Below are positions 1 to 12,300 of a DNA stretch of 64,000 nt, piece by piece. The DNA is from Owenia fusiformis. Taxonomy: Eukaryota. Each line of letters opens with the position of its first letter. The first letter of the stretch is position 1. The notes beneath the pieces were generated by a model. The model saw nothing but the letters and a program-made list of their open reading frames with translations, was not told the origin of the DNA and ran no database searches. Made by a program: the position numbers and the translations under genes. The stretch is from the NCBI GenBank assembly GCA_903813345.2, contig CAIIXF020000001.1, positions 37,820,001 through 37,884,000 of the forward strand, in the 5' to 3' direction.

Positions 1-276
1 ACATTCCCTATTAATTAACTTTCCACTGAAACATGGACAGAAAAATAATGCCGAGTGAATGGGCGAGTAAAAAAAGAAACTAAAAAAGCAGGGAGTACAA
101 AAACTAAAAAAAATGAACAATATGCTTTACAAATTATTGTAATGCCATGTTGCAAAAGATAGACTAACCTTACAATCATAAGACAGGTATTAAGAGAAGA
201 TTTTTCTAGAACTCAGATGAAACCGTCTACATGGTATTTTCTTACAACATGAACATGCTTTGACAGAATAACTTAC

Positions 277-309
277 CATCTGCTATAGAAGGTGGCGGTG
301 TAGTAGGTT
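277..309 (-). CDS. Pro/Thr mini-exon KPTTPPPSIAD; gene continues past window edge
   Basis: 33 nt, ttattag|...|gtaagt, phase 1-1. Confidence 0.75.
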
Positions 310-3300
310 CTAATAAAAGAAAACAAGTAAAATATCACAATACCAAAATTACAACAACGATGTCAACATAACACATGCAAACAAAACATTACGGAGAACA
401 AGAGTGTAAACGTGAGCTCATGACAACTTTCATTTCGGCGCATGCCATCATGCATCAATTATGCGTCAACTTGTAAAAGGTCTAGGGTATTGGAGAATAA
501 ACTCGGTACAGTGTCTACATAAAAAAATAGGCCGTACTATAACAAATGCCTTAAAACAAAAATTCACATAAAAGTGTTCTAAAAAATATCTAGCGAAATT
601 GTTCCATCACCACATTTACCAGATAGATACGTATATATGCTTACAATTACGAATGCTCCAAACAAACATTAAGTTCAACAAACATTAAGTTCAATTATAT
701 GCATCCATATGAAAATACATCAAAATATGAATAACACAACTTACTCGTTACTCCACAAGTCCCGGCAATCAAGTCAACGATCGCGTTCAGAGCACTAAAG
801 TCGTCCACGAACTGAGCATATATGTCACCAGGGTCGCTTGCAATGGCATTAACCTGAGCCTCACTTAGCTCTTGGGTTCGTATACCAATACAGAACAATG
901 TAATTCCTTCCGCCTTTGCACGTTCGGCTTCGGGTACAGGATCACCAGTCTTTGCCGCCCCATCAGTGATTATAATGCCTAAGTTCTGCACACCTGGTCT
1001 ATCGCCGTTGGTCACCGAAAACATGCCTCTCATTGCCTCAAGACCAGCAATAGTATCGGTCGACTTGCTCATATATGGAATATCACGTACAGCTTCCCTA
1101 AGGGCCATAACATCGTCGTATGTATTCAGTTGAAAATGAACTTCAGCGCCGGTTCCAAAACTGACTGCGCCAACTCTAACTTCATCTTGGCCTACTTTAA
1201 GTTCGGCAATGATGTCCTCGACGAATTCTTTCACTGTTTCGAAGTTGCCCGCACCAACACTTCCAGATGCATCAATGACAAAGACAATGTCAGCAAGATC
1301 ACTGAGACATACTGAAATGTTCAGCAGGTACATTAACAAGGCATTAACATGACAAAATGTCACCACCTAGTTGGTCACAGTATTATAAGTATAATCTTAA
1401 GTCAGATTTGAATTTCTGAGAACTTGTAGATGATTTTGAAAAAATTGGTCAATCTGGAGCAAATTGAAAAAAGATCTTTTTGATCTTTTTTGACCTTGAG
1501 AAGGTCAAATCTCAAGTCAGATTTGCACTTTTGATAACTTGTAGATGATTTTGAATTGATTTCAATTTGAAGCAAGTTGAAAGAATACCTTTTTGACCTT
1601 TTTAACCCTTTTTGACCTTGAAAGGGTCATTGAAGGTGAACTCTTAAATATAAAGTCAGATTTGAACTTCTCAACCGCCTCCACAAAAAACGGACACCAT
1701 AACAATATGTCACCACATTTTGGTGGTGACATAACAAGAACTGAACAAGAGATTTGTCAATCACAGTATGATTCAATTTGCAATTATACATTATCTAACA
1801 TTTTCCACTATGGCTAGTACATAATTTTCTGTACATTTTCTTCATACCATTGTAAAGCCTGTCTCAACTGTTCATAACTGACAGGTTTGAAATAAATATT
1901 GACACATTGACAGAAATATGGTTATGCCAAAACCCGTCTAAAACATAATTTTCAGACGGTTTTTACACCTTGAACAGTTAAATTAAGAATTGGATTAAAG
2001 CATTTTCGCAACAAACACATTTTTAGTCACATATGATATACATTTGGAATGCATACGTTAAATATAATATGTATGATATATTCATGGGTGATTGGTCTGA
2101 AGGATATGACCTCAAATTGTATCATCATGTCAAGAATTATTAATCAGACTTTCAATCTATTAATTGTTATTGGATTGAAAACATTTAAAATAATACATTC
2201 CTCTAAACTAACAATTAAACTAACAATTTTTAAATTTCATATTCCACAAAATCCCCTTATCGAAAACAATGCTGTCAATTTATGGTAAATAAAAGGTTAC
2301 ACTCGAGCTTTTTATACCTCTGAATGTTTTGTAAGATAATACAGAAAAATAAAAAGAACAAATTGATCACCATGCACATTATTTCTTCACAGAGGGTGTA
2401 TCTTTTGAGATATATTTTTAGTTTTAAAAACTCATGATGGGACAACCTTTAAAAAGTCATTATGAAACTTTTTAAATGGAGTTGTAAACAGAATTTCCCT
2501 TTGGTGAGAGTGTAGATGGTAACAACATTTGTGAAATAGATAGATACATATTTGTAAGTGGTTCTTACCAGGAGGAGTTGTAACTGGGGCGGGAGTTGTG
2601 GTTGTTGTTGTTGTGGCTATTGTTGTTGTAGTAGTTGATGTTGTCGTTGTTGTAGAAGGAGCCCCTTAAAAACATTTGGACCATGAACTAATGATACATA
2701 AAATCCTCCATTATACAAATAACATCAAACAAACTAAAAATATTTGTAAATGTACAAAGATTTATTGGCCTTCGAGGAAGGTACTTGATGAAAATTAAAC
2801 ACACATAGTAAAATAAATATGAACTTACCACATGAGCCACTTGCAATTTCGTCAACAATAGTATTAAGGGCATCAAAGTCGTCGACAAAGCGGGCATAAA
2901 TGGAGTCAGGGTCACTAGCTATTCCATTAACCTGGTCCTCTTTGAGTTCGACTGTTCTGATACCAATACAAAACAAAATTATTCCATCATTCTTTGCAGC
3001 TGTTGCCTCTGGTATAGGATCTCCTGTTTTGGCTGCACCATCAGTAATGATTATGCCAATATTGGGTACATCTTGACGATCCCCCTTGGATCTTACAAAC
3101 ATTGTCCTCATTACAGATAATCCAGCAAGTGTGTCAGTTGATCCGGCTGCATATGGTATTAAATTGATAGCAGCTTTTACATCGTCTTTTGTTTTGTAAT
3201 CTTTCAAATCGAAGTGAGTAGTAGCACCATCGGCAAAACTTAGTGCACCGATATTTACATTCTGATTACTGATATCTAATTCGTCAACTACTCCAATTAT

Positions 3301-6300
3301 AAAGTTTAGAACCTTTCTGAAATTAGTGTTGCCAATACTTCCAGATGCATCAATGACGAAGACAATATCAGCCAAATTATCTATGCATTCTGAAAACAAA
3401 AGTAACAGCATACGTCAAGAAAGGTTAACCCGATTCGCCCTCTAAATAGATCAATGTAAACTTTGAACAGATGAATCATACTGTAGCTTGGGTAATCAAT
3501 GAACTGTGTAACAATTATAACTACAGTATATTGATTAATAAGCATTTTACTCAATATTTTTATATATCCTTTTATATATAAGGCCAATTGTTTTTAGGCT
3601 TTGAGATGTACTTTATATAGGGTTGTATCATGCCACTGATGGTGCATGTTTACGTATCATTCCGATTGTTTTTAATTCTGGAATTCACTGGAGCAAAGGT
3701 ACAAACGCCATTTATAAATTAATTGAGAATTTATTATTTGAAATAATGATGAAATAGTCAACATGCGTACTTACGACCTGATGTTGTTGTCTGAGGCTTT
3801 GTCGTCGTCGTCGTAGTTGTTGTTGTAGTAGTTGTGGATGAGGTTGTAACTAGAAATATATTAACGATTATTATCACAATGAAAACCGTGCGAGAAGACA
3901 TTAAATAGCCAGTGGTATGCACTAACTATGCACAAAAACATGAACACATCTTGACGGGTGAATATTGCAAGATCATATTCAAGTTGGCTGTGCTGACTTT
4001 CTCTGGTTGACTTGAATAGATCTTCGTCTGGCTAAGACTTTTTGGATAATGTTATACAGTAGCTGTATATCTTATTCACGAGGACCAGCCGATAACAGGT
4101 TAAAATACAGGTGCATCAAATAGAGTTGAGCAGAATCAAAGATAAGTGTCTCATCATGTAAATTATTGCCCACACACGTACACAAAACGATTTGGAAAGT
4201 TTAAACGAATGTTAGACACTAGATTCAATAAAGTATCAAGACTGTTGTTCTCCATTTGTTGGTTTCATTTTCCTTATCGCGGCTTTACACAATTTGATTT
4301 TGCAAAATGTTACAAGAATAACAAGTAATACGTTGTGTGACTGGTGTTAAATTAAATATATAATCTGAGACATTGGTTTCTGCCTGTTAAGGATATAAAT
4401 GGAAGGTAAACATCTATAGATTTAGTGATGCATCTGAAGAATATTTCTCAGATTGTCTATCTTTTGATCTGTTGATCTGTTCATTGCATTTTGAATTGCA
4501 AAATATACAATGCGTCAATTAACATTAATAAAAAATCTTTACCTGGTGATCCACATGTTCCAACTGTGATATCATCAACTATGGAATCAAATTCATCAAA
4601 GTTCTTTATAACACGAGTATATCTAGTATCAGGGTTGCTCGATATACTATTAATCTCCTCGATATTAAGTTCTTCAGTTTGAACACCTATGGTGTAAATG
4701 ACAGCACCACTGGTTTTAGCGGCGGCAGCAGTTTCACGAGGATCCCCAGATTTCGATGCACCATCAGTTATAACAATTCCAATATCCTGTGCATCCAGTC
4801 TCCCCCCACTAGAAAACATTTCTATCATAAGCTGTAGGCCTTCTTTAGTATCGGTGGATCCAGCAGCATATGGTATTTCACTCACTGCTAAGTCTATATT
4901 AACTGTTGTATCATATTGTCCAAGATGAAATTCTACCTTTGCACCCGATGAGAATGTAAGAGCTCCTATTCGTATATTATCGGAATCAATTGTAAACCCA
5001 GAAATCACATTTCGGATGAATTCCAAAATTTTTCCAAAGTTAGCCTGAGTAATCGAGCCTGAGGCATCAATAACAAAGAGGATGTCCAACTGATCTGAGC
5101 TGCAATCTAAAAAACAGAAAACCATTCATTAGTTATTGATGAATTGAATCGTAGATTTACAGGGTTGTGTTTTTAGGATTGTCTCGAGTCATTTATTCTG
5201 GCAAACAGAAGTGAAACATTTTTAATCCATTTTGACTGTTATGTAAAATTTTATAATGTGCTTGCTTGTAATAAGTTAGATGCTATGATGATGAATATTG
5301 ATTAATTCTTTAAACCAAAATAAGCATATAAAGTAGTATATCCTGTTGGCATTTGGTTTACCTATGGTTTGAATGCATGATTTCTCAGCAATGTTTTCTG
5401 CTATGGTTGATAAACCTGAGAAATCGTCAACAACTGATGCATAAATGTCTGTTGGTTCGCTAGCTATGCCATTTACTTCATCTATGTTAAGTTCCGCTGT
5501 TTTTATTCCAATAGCAAACATTACAACACCAGCAGCTTTAGCTGCGTTTGCTGCTGGTATCGGATTTCCAGTTTTTGCAGCTCCATCGGTAACCACTATA
5601 GCAATATCTGGAACGTTACTTCTATCACCATTTGCCTCTTGGAACATGTCACTCATTAGACTTTCTAGACCCTCTTTTGTGGCTGTGGAGCCTGCGTTAT
5701 AAGGTAGGTTACGCAGAGCAGAAATAACATCTTCTCGATTTGTGTATCTATTCAAATGGAATATTACTTCAGCTTCATTATGGAATATAATTGCAGCCAC
5801 TCTGGTCTGATTCGAACTGATGTCTAGTGTAAATGCTATATTCACGATGAAATCCCTAATGAATTTATAGTTTTCTTCTCCAACACTACCAGATGAATCA
5901 ATCACAAAAACGACATCAGACGTCCCTCTACATGCTGCAAAATAGAAAGGTAAGAGAATATGAGGTACAAATATATGAGTATTCATCATAATATGACATC
6001 TGAAACTAAGATGCCTTTATCAATAAAATTGTAATAAACATATAAGAATAAAATTGTGCAGTTTAAACAGATTTATCTGGTGCAATAAATGTAGAATTGT
6101 TAAAATAAAAACACGAAATTATTCCATTATTATCCAATGAAGAATCAAAAAGCCAGAGTCGCGAATTCTATCTATTTACAAAACAGTCAAAGACACTCAC
6201 ATATTTCAGGTACTGTTGTTGTAGGTGCTGGGGTGGTGGTCGTAGTAGTGGTAGTTGTTGTACTTGTAGATGTTGTTGTTGCTGAAACAATTTACCAGAC

Positions 6301-9300
6301 ATTGATATAAAATCGTTGTAATTGACTATTTTGAATCGACTAACAATTATTCATCGTTTGTATTTCATTAGTACCTTTTCTTTTATAGTAGTCTCAATAT
6401 AGAATGGCTGGTTTTCTCAATACCTTTTCATCAATATGAGTAATGCGAACCACATCGTAACATTCATTCGTTTGCTCTTTCAATTATTCCCTTTGTGCAT
6501 TATTTTGCACTTGGCTAACGTTCTTTATGTTAAATAGATTCTTACTTGGTTCGCTACATGTAGATCTGCTCAATTCATCTGCGACAGTCTGGAGTCCATC
6601 AAAGTCGCTCACAATAACTACATATTTACTATCTGGGTTACTGGCAATACCATTTACTTCTTCTAGTTTCAGCTCTGCAGTTTGCACACCGATGCAGTAA
6701 ATTATTATTCCATCGGCTTTTGCGGCACTTGCAAGTGGAACTGGGTCACCAGTTTTAGCAGCACCATCAGTTATGACAATGGCAACATCTTGTACGCCTT
6801 CTCGATTTCCACGAGTTGGTGAACTATATATTTCTCTCATCATCGATATACCTGCTATGGTGTCTGTTGACCCAGCTTCATAAGCTATTTCATTAATGGC
6901 AGCTATAACTGCTTCATTTGTGTTGTAGTCATTTAGATCAAATTTCAAGGAGGCACCATCAGAAAATGACAGAGCAGCAACTCGTATACCATCATCACCT
7001 ATGTTCATGTCTGACACAACATCCTTCACAAAATTGAGAACCAGTACGTAATTGTCCTCACCAGTACTTCCAGAAGCATCAATGACAAACACGACATCAA
7101 GACGTCCATCAGCACAATCTTAAATTCAACAAAAATATTGTGTCAATGGTATTATTAATTAAATAGTCATAAAAGAAGTTTCAATCAACTAGTATGGTAA
7201 ATGGATAAGAAACAAGTGAAATATTTACTATATGTTGTTGACATACCTATTGTTTGGATGCATGACTTCTCAGCAATGGTTTCTGCTATCGTTGATAAAC
7301 CTGAGAAATCGTCAACAACTGACGCATAAATGTCTGTTGGTTCGCTAGCTATGCCATTTACTTCATCTATGTTAAGTTCCGCTGTTTTTATTCCAATAGC
7401 AAACATTACAACACCAGCAGCTTTAGCTGCGTTTGCTGCTGGTATCGGATTTCCAGTTTTTGCAGCTCCATCGGTAACCACTATAGCAATATCTGGAACG
7501 TTACTTCTATCACCATTTGCCTCTTGGAACATGTCACTCATTAGACTTTCTAGACCCTCTTTTGTGGCTGTGGAGCCTGCGTTATAAGGTAGGTTACGCA
7601 GAGCAGAAATAACATCTTCTCGATTTGTGTATCTATTCAAATGGAATATTACTTCAGCCTCATTATGGAATATAATTGCAGCCACTCTGGTCTGATTCGA
7701 ACTGATGTCTAGTGTAAATGCTATATTCACGATGAAATCCCTAATGAATTTATAGTTTTCTTCTCCAACACTACCAGATGAATCAATCACAAAAACGACA
7801 TCAGACGTCCCTCTACATGCTGCAAAATAGAAAGGTTAGAGAATATGAGGTACAAATATATGAGTATTCATCATAATATGACATCTGAAACTAAGATGCC
7901 TTTATCAATAAAATTGTAATAAACATATAAGAATAAAATTGTGCAGTTTAAACAGATTTATCTGGTGCAATGAATGTAGAATTGTTAAAATAAAAATACG
8001 AAAATATTCCATTATTATCCAATGAAGAATCAAAAAGCCAGCGTCGCCAATTCTATCTATTTACAAAACAGTCAAAGACACTCACATATTTCAGGTACTG
8101 TTGTTGTAGGTGCTGGGGTGGTGGTCGTAGTAGTGGTAGTTGTTGTACTTGTAGATGTTGTTGTTGCTGAAACAATTTACCATACATTGATATAAAATCG
8201 TTGTAATTGACTATTTTGAATCGACTAACAATTATTCATCATTTGTATTTCATTAGTACCTTTTCTTTTATAGTTGTCTCAATATAGAATTGCTGGTTTT
8301 CTCAATACCTTTTCATCAATATGAGTAATGCGAACCACATCATAACATTCATTGGTTTGCTATTTCAATTATTCCCTTTGTGCATTATTTTGCACTTGGC
8401 TAACAACAGGATCTTAAGAGGTTCTGGACAAATCATTTGATTCTGGACTTGTCATATTTTTTTTTCAACGAAATCACATCCAAGGGTTGAATTTTTATTA
8501 GCTATTTAGAGAGTGAGTCCTGCCTAGTATTAATTTCAATAAAAAAGTTAAAATAGAACCCTATTTGAGAGTCAATCTAATACTTACATTACATTGATAA
8601 ATTAAGGCAAATCCTGAAATATTTTTAAAGTGCGTTTTTTAATGAAATATTATCCAGCAAGTATTTAAATGAAACGGTCTTATTTAAATACAAATCATAA
8701 CATGATATTTTTCATGAAACATTTTTCAATGAAATTCAATTGAAGGGTCAAGATAAAACGAGCTAATTTAGGTGAAAACCCTTACATGATGATGTGTTTT
8801 GATAAATTCTTTCATAAAATTCCATCAAGGGGTGAAGATAAAATGATCGAATTTAAGTGATTTAAGGATCACGAGAATATGTTTTCTTTGATATTTTCTA
8901 TGAAATCCCATCCAATGGTCAAGGTAAAATTTTGATTTTGATTTTGATTTGGTCACGTGTTCGAAAGATCCATATAAGGCCCATAGAACCATATAGGAAC
9001 GTCATTTTGAATGTCACGTGATAGATCCATATAAGGCTTTTAGAACCATTTATGGAAAGATGAGGGAAGCCCCTGACACCTGTTTCACGATTTTTATGCA
9101 CTTCATTATTGTACCGAAGTTTGCCGATTCGATTCGTCGTATTTGGGAATCCTGGTGACAATTTTATACTCCATTGGAGTATTTTTGACCTACTTCTTAT
9201 GACGGAAATTCCCGAACCTTGTTCGGATTAATCCGGATTTTCTGACCTACCTTATCTACCGAGATTTCACGAGTTAACATTCGTCTCATTCCGGAATCCT

Positions 9301-12300
9301 GGTGACAATTTTATACTCCATTGGAGTATTTTTGATCTACTTTTTCTGGATTTTGCCCTACTTATTATATCTTGACAACAAGCAAATCAAAAAGTTCGAC
9401 ATGAACGGGTTTCGATCAACTAACCTAGACTATGGAAGCCAGGCACGCTAACCATTAGGCCAACGAGCTACCGATATGAAAGAACAAAAGTATTATATAT
9501 TTATACCGAGCGTCAATTCAAAATGATCCTCACTTTTGTCTCCACTTAAATACGACTCGTCAGTTGTATCCAGAATAGAAGAACGCCTATGGCGCTAGTG
9601 AATAACCAAGTCCCAGGTGAGTGGTTCGTATCCCTCCGTGATATACTATTTTTGTTTTATTAAATACGACAGAAAGGAGCAAGGTGTAGGTTGAAAACAA
9701 GACGTTAGTTTGTTTCAAAACAGTGTGGAAACATTAATCTCTGATAATTTAAGGTTTTCCACTCCTGAAGGGCCTCTAGATCTATGAAATTCAATAATCC
9801 CCTCAGTAAAAATACGATTTCTCTGCAACCTGATGTCCAATCAAGATCATTCAAATATATATGTGTTCCTGACACGTTTGGGCGTCCGGGAATAAAATTG
9901 CTTGTGAAAACTATTTACAAAAGTGTTCCAGAGACCCTTATCTACTTGGCTAAGGTTTTATTTGAAGATACATTGCCTTATTAGCAGGTAGAGGGGCATA
10001 CAGAACACAGAAGCAAATGCTATGTTGAAAATTTTCTATATTTCAATTTGAACCTGTGTTTACATGTCACGTAGGCCAGTGTTTTATATGGGGATTATAT
10101 GTACTTTCCTTGTTTACATGAACGTAAATCATTACATGAAATCTGCATTCTTCTGGGTTTAATCTGGGTTTGTATTGTCTTATTGGGGCTTTTCGACTTT
10201 AAAACAAACCCTACCTAAATGGATTGTGTCTCGGGAACGTTTTTGTAAATAGTTATTATAAACAATTCTGAAAGAATATCACATATTTTTGTCTTCCCGA
10301 TTTCAGTCATGAATTACGTCAATTTCTCGTGCAAACATTGGGTAGACATTGTCAGTGGCTTCACGAAAAAATAAGCAGCACTTTAGGCCACCTAAATACA
10401 ACTCGTCAGTTGTATCCAGTTGGAATCCCAGCGTAATGTTTTTAATTATATGGTTGTGCTTTGATTTTACGCTGAAAACATTTATAACTACGTCAACTTT
10501 ATATTAAAACATTTATTATCTTTTCAGTTGTATTAAAATGTAAAATATGATATATGTCAGCTTATTGCTTTCTGGAAAACAGTCAAGGTTTAAATTTGGT
10601 ACAATGAATTGGACACTCATGTAAATCAACATGGTTATAACATTGAACTCAATGCAGTAAATTAGTTATTTCTATGAATCACAGCGGGATTGGTTTCATT
10701 ATACCTCCTTACAATACCTCAATATCCGGTTACATGAGATAGTTCTGCGCATGCGCCAATCAGAGTTCTTGCTGACATGCAAGCCGAGTGGACGTCTATT
10801 TGTAGACTCCACAATTGATAGTGTTACTGGTGGTAGTATATCACAGTGCACATATATCACATACATATTTATATGTATTTATGGAATTTATGATCGGTAC
10901 GTCTGAATTTCATGTACGATAAGAAAGTAGTGTTTTTATCATTACACATTCTGAACACCGGCCAAGTCTGGTTGTTTCAGAAAATAGTATTCACTGTTGT
11001 AGATCTGAGATCTCAACCTTCAATTTATATTGATAACGCTTCAAACCTGATCAGAGGTTATAGCGATTTGTTTTACATCTATTAACTTATTGAATACGCT
11101 TTTGAATAACTGTTCCTATAGGGATCAAGTGAGCGTTGTATTTAATACACGCTAATTAACTATAAACCAGGCCTTGGATTGGTTTAAAAGTTACGTTGCA
11201 CACACTCCACTGTGTTTTCAGTCAAACGGTTCTTTTGTTAGCCAATTGCGATAAAGTAAAAGTGAATAATACGCGTGAGCACATGCTTACAATATCACTA
11301 GCCTACGTGCAAATAAGTTGTACAATATAGCTGCATGTTTTCGCATTCTGAACAGCTAAATATCAGTGCATTTACTAAACAGTACTAGCAAGTTACAGCT
11401 AAAATGACTTCACAAATGGTGAGAGATAAACCATTAGGGGCCAAGACCCCATCTGAATGTGAGAAAATGGATTTAGATGATTCCATCCTAGACGAAACTC
11501 CGTCTGTATCAGGTGTAAAAAAGAAAACGCCTCGAAAAACAATTCCTAGGAAATCAGGAAAGAACGATGATATTAAAAACATCACGGAGGCTATAACATC
11601 TAGTATTTCTTCAGGCATGAGTGACTTGACGGAAATGATGTCATCTTCATTGCAAGATTTAAAAGAAACCATTCAAAGTGGATACGAATATGACCAGTTT
11701 GATGATGATTCGTATAATGATAATGATCATGATGATTCTGATCAAACACCAGTGAAGAAAATGAAAACTGATATGCAAACGTGTATAGACAATGATACAG
11801 TATCCAGTGAAAATGAGGATACTTCCGACCTAATGAAACAGTTACAATCAAAGGTCAATAAATCAAATGAGGGTCAAGGACCACCATTAAACAAGGCTAT
11901 GTCAAGCCTACTTAATGATCTAATACAGAATGTTTTGAAGGGAGACGAAGAAAGCCAAAAACTTGATGATTACAAAACCCCTTCGAATACCCCTCTTGTA
12001 TGTGCTGCTAGGGGGAACGAACAAATATGGAGCCGCATCTCTAGTGAGGTCCGCTCGAGTGACATCAAAATGCAACAAGCTCTCAAGCCAATGATGTGTT
12101 CCATAGTGGCTACTTCTAGAGCCTTAGAGGTATTGGATTCACTGAAAACTGCAGTCGGAGGAAAGACGGATGAATTCCAAGATCAATTTGGCAATATGGC
12201 AAATTTGCTTTATGACAGCATCCAAATGATGTGTTTGTCGAACTACAAGTTTAACATGAGAAGGCGTGAGCTGATAAAACCAGACATTGCCCATAGTTTC

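Noticed and set aside
8919..9161. 80-aa ORF present twice (also 19594-19836)
   Set aside because: Lies within the TIRs, non-ATG start, no recognisable domain
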